Source of the DNA: an uncultured Methylomirabilota bacterium
GTDB taxonomy: Bacteria > Methylomirabilota > Methylomirabilia > Methylomirabilales > 2-02-FULL-66-22
Direction: 5' to 3'
NCBI GenBank assembly: GCA_963705305.1
Contig: OY970067.1
Location: 2,912,001 to 2,976,000 of the forward strand
DNA: 64,000 nucleotides
Part shown: piece after piece, positions 52,007-62,102 of the stretch
Numbering within the stretch: position 1 is the stretch's first letter
Layout: each line of letters opens with the position of its first letter
The notes under the pieces: model-generated
What the model was told of the DNA's origin: nothing
Databases searched by the model: none
The model's input: the letters and a program-made list of their open reading frames with translations, nothing else
Made by a program: the position numbers and the translations under genes

Positions 52007-53050
52007 ATGCCGACACTTCGCTGCGAACCGCTGGAGCAGCTGGCGGTGAGCATCTTCCAGGCCATCGGCGTCCCCCCGGCCGGGGCGACCTGGATGGGCC
52101 AGCTCTTGGTCCGCGCCAATCTGCGCGGCCATGACTCCCACGGGGTCATCCGCATCCCTCAGTACGTGACCTCCTGGAAGAAGGGGGAGGCCGATCCGGC
52201 GGCCGACCCGCAAATTGTGCAGGAGGGACCCGCCACGGCCCTGGTGGATGGCAAGCGAGGATTCGGACAGATCGTGGCCCGCCGCGGGATGGAGATGGCC
52301 CTGGAGAAGGCCGCGGCCGTCGGGGTGGCGGCCGTGGGGGTGCACAACAGCAACCACATCGGCCGCCTGGCGGACTACACCGAGATGGCCGCCGAGCGGA
52401 ACATGCTGGCGTTCCTGGCGGTAAACGCCGCCGGCGCCGGCCTGCGGATGGCCCCCTGGGGCGGGCGCGCCGCCCGGCTGAGCACCAATCCGTTCGCTTT
52501 TGCCTGCCCGACCGGACGGGGCGTCCCCATCAGCTTCGACGTTGCCACCACCGTGGTGGCCGAAGGAAAGGTGCGCGTCAAGCGGAACCGCAAGGAGCCG
52601 CTGCCCCTCGGCTGGGTCCTCGACGCGCAAGGGAACCCCACCACGGATCCCAACGCCCTCTACGGCGATCCCCCAGGAACCATCCTGCCGGCGGGCGGCC
52701 ACAAGGGATACGCGCTGGCGCTGATGATCGAGGTGCTGGCGGGAGTCCTGGCGCGGGCGGGATACTCGCGGGAGAAGCCCGGACCGATCCTGAACGGCCT
52801 GCTCATGGTGGTGGTGGACATCGCCCGCTTCGTGTCAGCCGACACGTTCCGCGCCGAGGTGGACGACCTCACTCGCTACCTGAAGACGTCTCCCACGGTT
52901 CCCGGCGTCAAGGAGATCCTGACGCCGGGCGAACCAGAGGCCATGTGCGAGGCGGAGCGACGCCGGACGGGGATCTTCGTCGAGGAGCAGACTTGGGGCC
53001 AGATCGTGCAGGCGGCGGAGGGGTTGCGGGTGCCGGTGCCGTCCGTCTGA
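52007..53050 (+). CDS. Ldh_2 family oxidoreductase (malate/L-sulfolactate/ureidoglycolate dehydrogenase-like)
   Basis: GHDSHG, NHIGRL, STNP, DVATT, GGHKGYAL, PGEPE. Confidence 0.92.
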   Translation: MPTLRCEPLEQLAVSIFQAIGVPPAGATWMGQLLVRANLRGHDSHGVIRIPQYVTSWKKGEADPAADPQIVQEGPATALVDGKRGFGQIVARRGMEMALEKAAAVGVAAVGVHNSNHIGRLADYTEMAAERNMLAFLAVNAAGAGLRMAPWGGRAARLSTNPFAFACPTGRGVPISFDVATTVVAEGKVRVKRNRKEPLPLGWVLDAQGNPTTDPNALYGDPPGTILPAGGHKGYALALMIEVLAGVLARAGYSREKPGPILNGLLMVVVDIARFVSADTFRAEVDDLTRYLKTSPTVPGVKEILTPGEPEAMCEAERRRTGIFVEEQTWGQIVQAAEGLRVPVPSV

Positions 53051-53136
53051 TGTCGCCTGCGCGCCTGGCCGCCCGGACCGCCGTGGCTGCGTCCCGGGCG
53101 GCGATGCCGAGCGAGGCGGCCGGAAGGTGATGGGCT

Positions 53137-53643
53137 ATGAAAAGACATGCGATCCGACGCGGTGGAATCGGGACGGGCCTGTTGGCGGCGGCCCTGGTGC
53201 TGGCAGCCGGGTGCCAGTATGCGCCGCCCCCGCTGCCCCGGCTGCCCATCCAGGTGGAGGTGGAGAACTCGGGCCCCCTGCGCGTGGCGGTCGTGGACAC
53301 GGTCAAGCGCCCGGTGCCGGCGGTGGAGCTGTCGGGGTTCCTCAAGGCGGGGGTCCGCTGGACCTACACGGTCCAGTTCGCCAACACCGGCTCGGTCGGC
53401 ATCCGGCTGCTGGAAGTGGAGGCCACCGTCGAAAGCTTGAGCGGGGTGACCAGCACCCGGACGATTCCGCTGCCCAGCCGGGTAGAGCCCGGAGGCACCA
53501 CCCCGGTCGCCATCGAGGCGGTCCTCACCACCTCCAATCCCGCGGAGCCGCAGAATCTGACCGGGGTGCAACGGCTGGTGTTCCTGGGGCGGGACGATCG
53601 GGGGAATCCCCTCCGCGTGACCGTGCGCGTCCCGCTGGTGTGA
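53137..53643 (+). CDS. Hypothetical lipoprotein
   Basis: Lipobox LAAGC; beta-rich mature region. Confidence 0.6.
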   Translation: MKRHAIRRGGIGTGLLAAALVLAAGCQYAPPPLPRLPIQVEVENSGPLRVAVVDTVKRPVPAVELSGFLKAGVRWTYTVQFANTGSVGIRLLEVEATVESLSGVTSTRTIPLPSRVEPGGTTPVAIEAVLTTSNPAEPQNLTGVQRLVFLGRDDRGNPLRVTVRVPLV

Positions 53644-53670
53644 GGATGGGGGGCCGGGCGGGAGAGCCGC

Positions 53671-55065
53671 TCAAGCCGACAGGAGCCCGGGCATCTCTTT
53701 CGACGGGGTGCCGGACGCCGAGGCATACAGCCGGAGCTTGCGGTACAGGGTCCGCTCCGAGAGGCCCAGCATCTTGGCCGCCGCGGCGCGGTTTCCCCGG
53801 CAGTGAACGAGGGTGCGCAGGATGGCTTCCCGCTCCAGGTCGGTGATGGTCATTCCCAGCGGGAGGCGCAATCCCTCCTTGGGGCCCATGGCGCGGACGG
53901 AGGGGGGAAGCTCGTTGGCGGTGATGGCGGGCCCCTTGGCCAGCACTACGGCCCGCTCGATGCAGTTTTCCAGCTCGCGCACGTTCCCCGGCCAGGCGTA
54001 GTCCAGGAGGAGGCCCATGGCCTCCTCCCCGATCCGCTCGACAGGTTTCCCCATCTTCTTGGCAAACCGCTCCAGGAAGTGGTTGGCGAGGAGGGGGAGA
54101 TCCTCGGTCCGCTCCGCCAAGTCGGGGAGGGCGATCGTGATGACGTTCAGCCGGTAGTACAGATCCTCCCGGAACGTGCCGTCGGCGACCGCCTGTATCA
54201 GATCCCGGTTGGTGGCCGCGATGAACCGGACATTGACCTTGATGGTCTGATTGGAGCCGACCGGCTTGATTTCTCCCTCTTGGATGGTTCGCAGCAGCTT
54301 TACCTGCATCGCCGGCGGCATGTTTCCGATTTCGTCCAGGAAAATGGTCCCGCCGTCCGCCTCCTGAAAGACCCCGTGCTTGTTGCCGATGGCGCCGGTG
54401 AAGGACCCCTTGACATGGCCGAACAGCTCGCTCTCCAGCAAGGTCTCCGTCAAGCCGCCACAGTTCAGGGCCATGAAGCGCCGATCCCGTCGCGGGCTCT
54501 GGGAGTGGATGGCGCGCGCCACCAGCTCCTTCCCGGTGCCGCTCTTCCCCTGGATCAGGACGTTGCTCTCGGTCCCCGCCAGGTTTTCCAAGAGCTGGAA
54601 AACCTCCTGCATGCGCGGGCTCTTGCCGATGAGGTCCTGATAGGTGTACCGGCGGTCCAGCTCCCGGCGCAGGGCCTCGTTCTCCTGGCGGAGGCGGATC
54701 TCTTCGATGGCCTTCTTGGTCAGATGCAGCAGCCGGTCGCGCGTGATGGGCTTGGTGATGTAGCAGAGAGCCCCTTGCTTGATAGCCTTGACGGCCGTGT
54801 CGATGGTCTCGTAGGCGGTGACGAAGATGACTCCCGGTGTGGCGGCCAACTCGCGCAGGGCCTCCAGGAGGCCCAGGCCGCTCATCTCCGGCAGGCGCTC
54901 GTCGGTGAAGACCAGCTCCGCGGGCTCCCGGCGCAGCGCGGCGAGCGCCCCGGACGCGGTCTCGACACCCCGCACGTGAAAGCCGTCCGACTCCAGCGTG
55001 GCCTGGATGAGACCACGCAGATCGTTGTCGCTGCTGACGACGAGAACGCGCGCGTGTTTGGCCAT
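53671..55065 (-). CDS. Sigma54-dependent response regulator (NtrC/AtoC type)
   Basis: Receiver domain; GKSGTGKE, ESELFGHVKGSFTGA, FLDEIG, REDLYYRL, WPGNVREL; C-terminal HTH. Confidence 0.95.
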   Translation of the reverse strand: MAKHARVLVVSSDNDLRGLIQATLESDGFHVRGVETASGALAALRREPAELVFTDERLPEMSGLGLLEALRELAATPGVIFVTAYETIDTAVKAIKQGALCYITKPITRDRLLHLTKKAIEEIRLRQENEALRRELDRRYTYQDLIGKSPRMQEVFQLLENLAGTESNVLIQGKSGTGKELVARAIHSQSPRRDRRFMALNCGGLTETLLESELFGHVKGSFTGAIGNKHGVFQEADGGTIFLDEIGNMPPAMQVKLLRTIQEGEIKPVGSNQTIKVNVRFIAATNRDLIQAVADGTFREDLYYRLNVITIALPDLAERTEDLPLLANHFLERFAKKMGKPVERIGEEAMGLLLDYAWPGNVRELENCIERAVVLAKGPAITANELPPSVRAMGPKEGLRLPLGMTITDLEREAILRTLVHCRGNRAAAAKMLGLSERTLYRKLRLYASASGTPSKEMPGLLSA

Positions 55066-55082
55066 CGCTGACCTCGCTGCGC

Positions 55083-55493
55083 TCAGCCTCTGCCTTCCGC
55101 GGGAGGATGAGGCGCCGAATGGGCCCCCGGGCCCGCAGCATGGTCCCGGAGAATCTGCGGCAGTCGTGCCGCAAAGGCGGAGCGGGGCATGACCTCGTCG
55201 CAGCCCGCGTCCGCCGCGGCCGCCTTGAGATCGTCGCGCACGTGGGAGAAGATCCCCAGCGTGCGGGTCCCCTTCAGCTCGGGATCCGCCTTTATCTGCC
55301 GGATAGCCGCCAGGGGCTCGCAGCCCTGGCAGTGCAAGTCCACGATCAACAAGGCCGGATGGCTGGCCCGGGCCCGGGCGATCATCTCGCTCCGCGTGCG
55401 CGCCAGGCTGAGGGGCACGTGAAGCTGCCGCGCGGTTTCCTGGATGCGCGCCTCGAAGAACAAATCATCCATGGCGGCCACCACGCCAGCCAC
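55083..55493 (-). CDS. Single-domain receiver-like protein
   Basis: DDLFF, IVDL, FSHV, AGCDEVMPRS. Confidence 0.75.
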   Translation of the reverse strand: MAGVVAAMDDLFFEARIQETARQLHVPLSLARTRSEMIARARASHPALLIVDLHCQGCEPLAAIRQIKADPELKGTRTLGIFSHVRDDLKAAAADAGCDEVMPRSAFAARLPQILRDHAAGPGAHSAPHPPAEGRG

Positions 55494-55517
55494 GCCCCTT
55501 CCCCCGCCCGCTGCCGG

Positions 55518-56741
55518 CTAGCCCTTGGAGGCCAGCACCTTTGGGACCACGGGCGCGCGGAGGCGGTGGGCCGACTCCAACCCGGATCCCATCAGCGGCA
55601 ACGCATAGCCCCGAAACGCCTCCGTGACGTTGTTCCCGGCATCGTTGATGAAATGATCGGGCATATGGCGGGTCTTGCCGGCGATGTCCATCAGGGGAAC
55701 CAGCCGGTAGTCAACGGCGTAGTCCCCGGTGCGGACGATGGCGATGGAGCCGTTCACATTATCCCGCATGGCGAACTGGGCCCCCTTCTCGCCGACCTCC
55801 CGTGCCTCGCGCTGGTCCACGTCGGAGACGCAGCCGAAGAAGGATCGCTGCAGATACCCGAAGGTGTCGGCGCGCACGCGCTTGATCTTCAGCTGCGCGC
55901 GCACCGCCTCGGCCAAGACGTCCCCCAAGGCCCCCGTTCCCGAGAGCTGTACGTTGCCGTGGGCGTCCTTCTCTTGCAGCTGGATGAATTTGGTCAGGAT
56001 GGGAGTGCCGTCCTCGGCCTGAATTCCTTCCGAGACGGCAACCACGCAGCGGCCGAACTGGTCGTAAACACCCTTGACGTCCGCCAGGAACCGCTCCATG
56101 CTGAACGGCCGCTCGGGCAGGTAGATCAGGTGGGGGCCGTCGTCGGGATACTTGCGGGCGATTGCAGAAGCCGCCGTCAGGAATCCGGCGTGGCGCCCCA
56201 TGACGACCGCGACGTAGACGCCGGGCAGCGATCGGTTGTCGAGGTTCGCCCCGATGAACGCCTGGGCCACGAACCGGGCCGCCGAACCGTATCCCGGCGT
56301 ATGGTCGTTCAGCACCAGGTCGTTGTCGATGGTCTTGGGAATATGGATGGCCCGCAGCTCGTACTGGGCCCGGTCGGCTTCCTGGTTGACGATGTTCACC
56401 GTGTCGGACGAATCGTTGCCCCCGATGTAGAAGAAGTAGCGCACGTCGTGGGCCTTCAGGACCCGGAAGATCTCCTGGCAGTACTTGTGGTCGGGCTTGT
56501 CGCGGGTGGAGAGGAGAGCCGCGGCGGGGGTGTTGGCCACCCGCTCCAGGTTCTGGGAGGTTTCCCGGGTCAAATCGAGGAACGCTTCGTTGACGATCCC
56601 TCGGACCCCCTGCACGGCCCCGTAGACGCCGGTGACCTGGGGAAATTTCCACGACTCCAGGACGGCACCGACCAGCGACTGATTGATGACCGCGGTGGGG
56701 CCGCCCCCCTGGGCCACCACAACCTTTCCAGCCAATGCCAT
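55518..56741 (-). CDS. pfk: 6-phosphofructokinase (probably PPi-dependent)
   Basis: QGGGPTAVIN, IGGNDS (Asp typical of PPi-PFK), PKTIDND, MGRHAG, SEG. Confidence 0.92.
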   Translation of the reverse strand: MALAGKVVVAQGGGPTAVINQSLVGAVLESWKFPQVTGVYGAVQGVRGIVNEAFLDLTRETSQNLERVANTPAAALLSTRDKPDHKYCQEIFRVLKAHDVRYFFYIGGNDSSDTVNIVNQEADRAQYELRAIHIPKTIDNDLVLNDHTPGYGSAARFVAQAFIGANLDNRSLPGVYVAVVMGRHAGFLTAASAIARKYPDDGPHLIYLPERPFSMERFLADVKGVYDQFGRCVVAVSEGIQAEDGTPILTKFIQLQEKDAHGNVQLSGTGALGDVLAEAVRAQLKIKRVRADTFGYLQRSFFGCVSDVDQREAREVGEKGAQFAMRDNVNGSIAIVRTGDYAVDYRLVPLMDIAGKTRHMPDHFINDAGNNVTEAFRGYALPLMGSGLESAHRLRAPVVPKVLASKG

Positions 56742-57074
56742 ACCATTCTCCTGCCGCCCAGGATCCATCCTCGGATCGATGGAGGAAGTGGGCGCAAACG
56801 AGACACCGTCCGGCGCTGGCAGTCCAATGGCATGCCCGCCGGACAGACTGTCACTCTTCTATCATATTGACCGAACGCTCGTAAAGGAGAAAGGCGATTC
56901 CCGCGCATGGATACAGAACGGCAGGTGGCTTTGTTTGAGGCCGACGAGGGTCCGAAAATCTTGCGGCGTCTCGGGCCGGGTCGTATGCAGTTCCGCGGTC
57001 GGGGAAGTACCGATGGGAAGGAAGTGGCCGGGCGGATAGCCCGGTTCGCAAAGGCCTAGGGTGGGAAGGCGGGC

Positions 57075-57618
57075 CTAGCGCTTGGTCTTGAGCGCCAGGG
57101 CTTTCTTGATAAGGCCGATGAGCTGGTTGGGATCAAACGGCTTCTGTATGGCCAGGTTTGCTCCTGCATCCACCCCCTTTTCTTTCAGGCGGGGGTCAGC
57201 CATGGCAGTCAGGATGATGATGGGGGTGCGCCGGAGTACGGGGTCGGCCCGCATCTGGCGGCAGAACGTCGAAGCCGCTCATTTTCGGCATCATCACATC
57301 CACCAGAATAACGTCCGGCCGCTCCTTCCGGGCAATTTCGATGCCCGAGGGGCCGTCCGTGGCGGTGATTGCCTTGAAATTCTGTCCCTCCAGGGTGTCG
57401 GTAAAGAGGGCCAGGAGCAGGCGGTCGTCGTCGATGCAGAGGATCTTGGGGCGCGCGGGGGGGGCGGCAGCCGCGGCTGGGGCGGATTCAGCCCCCGGGC
57501 GCGCCTCACCTAGGGGGGAGGCGCAGGACTTGCAGCAGATGATGACCCGCCCGCCTTGGCGAACCAGTTCCCCGGGTTGATCGGCGCCACAGAAAGGGCA
57601 GAAGTAGGTAGGTTTCAC
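57075..57618 (-). CDS. Zinc-finger-response regulator; +1 frameshift at 57264-57270, probably a sequencing artefact
   Basis: CPFC...CKSC, then ILCIDDD, VDVMMPKMSGFDV/CRQMR...IIILTA...IQKPF; span is 3n+1; restored by GACGTTC to GACGTC on the minus strand. Confidence 0.82.
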
Positions 57619-57853
57619 GCTGCACCTCGAATGGCAGGCAATCCCCGATACCCGCACAGATCTATCGATTGGGTGAAAACGTATGGCACACGCCGGTTTG
57701 TGTCAAGTGGAATTCCCAATTCATCCCCGCGGGGGAATTAGGCCGGCCGGAAGCGCCTCCGCGGATCCTCCCTGCCCGCGCCGGACGCGTGGCCCGCGGG
57801 AGCGTCGCAGCCCGCACCCGGTGCAGGAGAGCCGGACGCACGGGAGGTTGACG

Positions 57854-57887
57854 TTGACACCCTTTTGCGGCGGGCAGTATACTGCCC
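57854..57887 (+). promoter_or_regulatory. Putative sigma70 promoter of glpX-hisS-aspS
   Basis: TTGACA (57854)-N18-TATACT (57878); the -10 sits in the palindrome GGGCAGTATACTGCCC. Confidence 0.55.
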
Positions 57888-57957
57888 TTCACCGTCCGGG
57901 CCGGCCCGGAGGGGCTGGCCGCCAGGAGCGGCGCGCGGTATCGGGGGGAGAAAGACC

Positions 57958-58914
57958 GTGGAGCGCAATCTGGCTTTACAAGTCGTTCGGGTGACCGAAG
58001 CGGCGGCCTTGTCCTCGGCCCGATGGATGGGGGTGGGCAACGAGCAGGCGGCGGACCAGGCCGCGGTGGACGCCATGCGGCGGGGGTTTGAGGCCGTGCC
58101 GTTGTGCGGGACGGTGGTCATCGGACAGGGGGAGCGGGAGGAGGTGCCCACCCTCTTCAACGGCGAGCGGATCGGGACGGGCGACGGACCGAAATTGGAC
58201 GTGGCCCTCGATCCCCTCGTCGATGCCGACAGCCTGGTGCAGGGTCGGGCCAACACCCTGTCCGTCGTTGCCATCACCGACAGCGGGGGCTTCCTCCGCG
58301 TCCCCGAGACATACATGGAGAAGATCGCCGTGGGACCGAAGGCCAAGGGGGCCGTCGACCTGAGCCTGAGCCCGGCGCAGAATCTGCAGAACATCGCCGA
58401 TGCCATGAAGTGTTACGTGGAAGATCTGACGGTCGTCATCCTCGACCGCCCGCGGCATGTCGACCTGATCCGCTCGGTTCGGGAGATCGGCGCCCGTATC
58501 AAGCTCATCCAGCACGGTGACCTGTCCGCCGCCATCGCGACGGCTTTTCCGGAGACCGGGGTGAACGTTCTCATGGGCATCGGGGGCGCCGCGGAGGGAG
58601 TCCTGGCCGCCGCGGCGCTGCAGTGCCTGGGGGGCGACATGCAGGGCCGGCTTCGGCCGCGGGACGACCAGGAGGTGGAGCGGGCCCGGCGGCTGGGCGT
58701 CAAGGACCCTGACCGGATCTACCGGATCGGGGAGCTGGCCAACGGCGGCGATCTCATGTTCGCAGCCACCGGCGTGACCGACGGCGATCTCCTGCGGGGC
58801 GTCCGCTTCTTCGGCGGCGGGGCTCGGACGCACTCGATTGCCATGCGGCAGCGGTCCGGAACCGTCCGACTCATCGAGACGACCCACCGGTTCGATCGGC
58901 ATCCTGTTTACTGA
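57958..58914 (+). CDS. glpX: Class II fructose-1,6-bisphosphatase
   Basis: VRVTEAAA, ADQAAV, YMEKI, LDRPRH, GIGGAAEGV, ATGVTDG. Confidence 0.95.
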   Translation: MERNLALQVVRVTEAAALSSARWMGVGNEQAADQAAVDAMRRGFEAVPLCGTVVIGQGEREEVPTLFNGERIGTGDGPKLDVALDPLVDADSLVQGRANTLSVVAITDSGGFLRVPETYMEKIAVGPKAKGAVDLSLSPAQNLQNIADAMKCYVEDLTVVILDRPRHVDLIRSVREIGARIKLIQHGDLSAAIATAFPETGVNVLMGIGGAAEGVLAAAALQCLGGDMQGRLRPRDDQEVERARRLGVKDPDRIYRIGELANGGDLMFAATGVTDGDLLRGVRFFGGGARTHSIAMRQRSGTVRLIETTHRFDRHPVY

Positions 58915-58981
58915 CCCGGACAGAAAGACGCTCGGCGAGATCGCGGGGAGAGACGACTGCCGGCAGGAGAAGGGTGGCGGC

Positions 58982-60253
58982 GTGATCAAAGGCGTACGAG
59001 GAGCTCCGGATATCCTGCCCGAAGAGACGGGGAGATGGCAGGCGCTGGAGGCCGTGGCCCGGGACGTGTTCGATCGGTACGGGTACGCGGAGATCCGGAC
59101 GCCGATCTTCGAGCGGACGGAGCTGTTTATCCGCGGGATCGGTGAGGGGACGGACATCGTCGAGAAGGAGATGTACACCTTCGAAGACCGGGGTGGGGAC
59201 AGCTTGGCGCTTCGCCCCGAGGCCACGGCCTCGTTGATGCGGGCCTACGCCGAGCACAACCTGGGGGCCAGGAGCAGCCTGGTAAAGCTGTACCTTGTCG
59301 GCCCCATGTTCCGCCACGAGCGCCCGCAGTCGGGCCGCTTCCGGCAGTTTCACCAGATCGATGTGGAGGCGGTGGGCTCCCCGGGGCCGGCGGTGGACGC
59401 CGAGGTGATTGCGCTCCTCCACCATCTGCTTGAGACGTGGGGGCTGCGGGGGATCCAGCTGCACCTGAACAGCATCGGGGACCCCGTCTGCCGGCCGGCC
59501 TACCGCCAGGCTTTTGTGGAGTACCTGTCTGTCCACCGCGAGGCGCTGTGTGCCGACTGCCACGTCCGCCTGGGAAAAAACCCGCTGCGGGTCCTGGACT
59601 GCAAGCAGGCCGGCTGCCAGCAGATCGCGGTCGGGGCGCCCACCATCACGGGCTACCTGTGTCCCCCCTGCCGCGAGCACTTTGCCGCCGTCCGGACGCT
59701 CCTGGAAGGGCTCAAAATCGACTACGCGATCAACGAGAGGCTGGTCCGCGGCCTGGACTACTACACCCGGACCACGTTCGAATTCCTCAACCCGGCCCTC
59801 GGCGCGCAGAACGCCGTGGCGGGAGGGGGCCGGTACGACGGGCTGCTGGAAGAGCTGGGCGGGCCGCCCACGCCCTCTATCGGGTTTGCCGTGGGGGAGG
59901 AGCGGGTTCTCACCTCCCTGGCGGCCCAGGCCGGTCCGGCAGAGACTCCGTTCTACGTCGGCGTGTACGTGGCGACCGTGGGCGAGGTGCCACTTTCGGC
60001 GGCCTTCGACCTGTGCCAGACCTTCCGGCGGCGAGGGCTCCGGGCCGGACTGGACCTCGAGGGCCGCAGCCTGAAGGGCCAGATGCGCCAGGCCAACAAG
60101 GACCGCTTCCGATACTCGGTGATCCTGGGGAGCGAGGAGCTGGCCCGGGCCCAGGTGACCCTGAAGGACATGCTGTCCGGCGCGCAGCGCGAGGTGCCGC
60201 TGGCGGAGATCGTGGATCAGCTGACCCGGCTGCCCGAACGGGAGATCGTCTAG
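58982..60253 (+). CDS. hisS: Histidine--tRNA ligase
   Basis: KEMY, LRPEATA, FRHERPQSGRFRQFHQ, RGLDYY, GGGRYD. Confidence 0.98.
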   Translation: MIKGVRGAPDILPEETGRWQALEAVARDVFDRYGYAEIRTPIFERTELFIRGIGEGTDIVEKEMYTFEDRGGDSLALRPEATASLMRAYAEHNLGARSSLVKLYLVGPMFRHERPQSGRFRQFHQIDVEAVGSPGPAVDAEVIALLHHLLETWGLRGIQLHLNSIGDPVCRPAYRQAFVEYLSVHREALCADCHVRLGKNPLRVLDCKQAGCQQIAVGAPTITGYLCPPCREHFAAVRTLLEGLKIDYAINERLVRGLDYYTRTTFEFLNPALGAQNAVAGGGRYDGLLEELGGPPTPSIGFAVGEERVLTSLAAQAGPAETPFYVGVYVATVGEVPLSAAFDLCQTFRRRGLRAGLDLEGRSLKGQMRQANKDRFRYSVILGSEELARAQVTLKDMLSGAQREVPLAEIVDQLTRLPEREIV

Positions 60254-62023
60254 ATGAACGACTGGAAGCGAAGCTGCTACTGCGGTGAGGTGGGTGTTGC
60301 GCGGATCGGCCAGACGGTGACCTTGAACGGCTGGGTGGATCGCCGCCGGGATCTGGGCGGGCTGATCTTCGTCCACCTGCGGGACCGAGAGGGGGTCGTC
60401 CAGGTGGTCTTCAATCCGGAGCGGTTCGTCGCCGCACATGGGCTGGCCGAATCCATGCGGCCGGAGTATGTGGTGGCGGTGCGCGGCGAGGTGGCCCGCC
60501 GGCCGGCGGGCAGCGAAAACCTGGATCTCCCGACGGGAGAGGTGGAGGTGATTGCCCGCGAGGCTGTCATCCTCAGTGAGGCCAAGACTCCCGTCTTTCC
60601 GATCGAGGACGAGACCGAGGTGGCGGAGGATGTGCGGCTGGCCTACCGCTACCTCGACCTGCGACGCGCCCCCCTGCAGCGCAATCTTCGGCTGCGGCAC
60701 CGCTTCTATCAGGTGACCCGCCGCTACCTGGACGCGCACGGTTTCCTGGAGGTGGAGACGCCGGTCCTCACCAAGAGCACCCCGGAGGGGGCGCGCGACT
60801 ACCTGGTGCCGAGCCGGGTCAATCCGGGGCAGTTCTTCGCCCTGCCCCAATCCCCGCAGCTGTTCAAGCAGCTCCTGATGGTGGCGGGGTACGACCGCTA
60901 CTTTCAGATCGTCAAATGCTTCCGGGATGAAGACCTCCGCGCGGACCGGCAGCCCGAGTTCACCCAGATCGATATCGAGATGTCCTTCGTGGACCGGGAC
61001 GATGTCCTGGACACGATGGAGGGCCTGGTGGTGGAGCTGTTCCGGGAACTCAAGAGCATCCGCCTCGCGCGCCCGTTTCCCCGGCTCACCTACGACGAGG
61101 CCATCCGGCGATTCGGCCTGGACGCCCCGGACCTGCGATTCGGTCTGGAGCTCCAGGACGTCGGCGACCTCTTCGCCGGAACCGACTTCCGCGCCTTTGC
61201 CCAGCCGCTCCAGGCTGGAGGTCGGGCCATGGCGCTGAATGCCAAGGGCTGCGGGGATTTCTCGCGGAGCCAGGTGGACCAGATGGAAGCCTTCATCAAA
61301 GGGTTCGGCGCCAAGGGGCTGGCTTGGTTCAGGATCGGACCCGACGGCATTCAATCGCCGATCGCCAAGTTCCTCCCGGCCGAGGTTGTGCAGCGCTTCC
61401 GCGAGCGGATGGGCGGCGAGGAGGGGGATCTGCTTCTCCTCTGCGTGGACCGGCCCAAGCCGGCTGCGGATGCCATGGGGCGCCTGCGCCTACGGCTGGG
61501 CCAGGAGCTGAAGCTGATTCCGAGCGATGCGCTGGCCATCACCTGGGTCACCGACTTTCCACTGCTGGAGTGGGACGAGAAGGAGAAGCGCTGGTCGGCC
61601 ATGCACCACCCCTTCACGTCGCCCCAGGATGAGGACCTCCCGCTCTTCGAGAGCGACCCCGGGAAGATTCGGGCCAAGGCCTACGATCTGGTGGTGAACG
61701 GAGCCGAGGTGGGCGGCGGGAGCATTCGGATTCACCGGCGGGAGATTCAGAACATGATGTTTCAGGCTTTGGGCATCGGACCGGACGAGGCCCGGGCGAA
61801 GTTCGGATTCCTGCTGGACGCCTTGGAGTACGGGACGCCGCCTCACGGCGGGATTGCCTTCGGGCTGGATCGGCTGGTGATGATCCTGACCGGGGCGGAG
61901 TCCATCCGGGACGTCGTGGCCTTCCCCAAGACGCAGAAGGCCCAGGACCTCATGACCAGGGCCCCCTCGCCCGTGGACGCCGCCCAGCTCAAAGAGCTCC
62001 ACATCAAGCTGGACCTCGCCTGA
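60254..62023 (+). CDS. aspS: Aspartate--tRNA ligase
   Basis: [49 protein letters not shown]. Confidence 0.98.
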   Translation: MNDWKRSCYCGEVGVARIGQTVTLNGWVDRRRDLGGLIFVHLRDREGVVQVVFNPERFVAAHGLAESMRPEYVVAVRGEVARRPAGSENLDLPTGEVEVIAREAVILSEAKTPVFPIEDETEVAEDVRLAYRYLDLRRAPLQRNLRLRHRFYQVTRRYLDAHGFLEVETPVLTKSTPEGARDYLVPSRVNPGQFFALPQSPQLFKQLLMVAGYDRYFQIVKCFRDEDLRADRQPEFTQIDIEMSFVDRDDVLDTMEGLVVELFRELKSIRLARPFPRLTYDEAIRRFGLDAPDLRFGLELQDVGDLFAGTDFRAFAQPLQAGGRAMALNAKGCGDFSRSQVDQMEAFIKGFGAKGLAWFRIGPDGIQSPIAKFLPAEVVQRFRERMGGEEGDLLLLCVDRPKPAADAMGRLRLRLGQELKLIPSDALAITWVTDFPLLEWDEKEKRWSAMHHPFTSPQDEDLPLFESDPGKIRAKAYDLVVNGAEVGGGSIRIHRREIQNMMFQALGIGPDEARAKFGFLLDALEYGTPPHGGIAFGLDRLVMILTGAESIRDVVAFPKTQKAQDLMTRAPSPVDAAQLKELHIKLDLA

Positions 62024-62102
62024 CCCCGGGCCTCCCGCCGCGTCCGACGTGCCGGCGGGGCGGCCGTGCCGCATCGAGGAGGGCAGCGACCCCTGGAGAT
62101 CG

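Noticed and set aside
60254..60560. AspRS discriminating versus non-discriminating type
   Set aside because: Signals are mixed (RDLGG with Leu, but Gly in RPAGSEN), so it cannot be called by eye.
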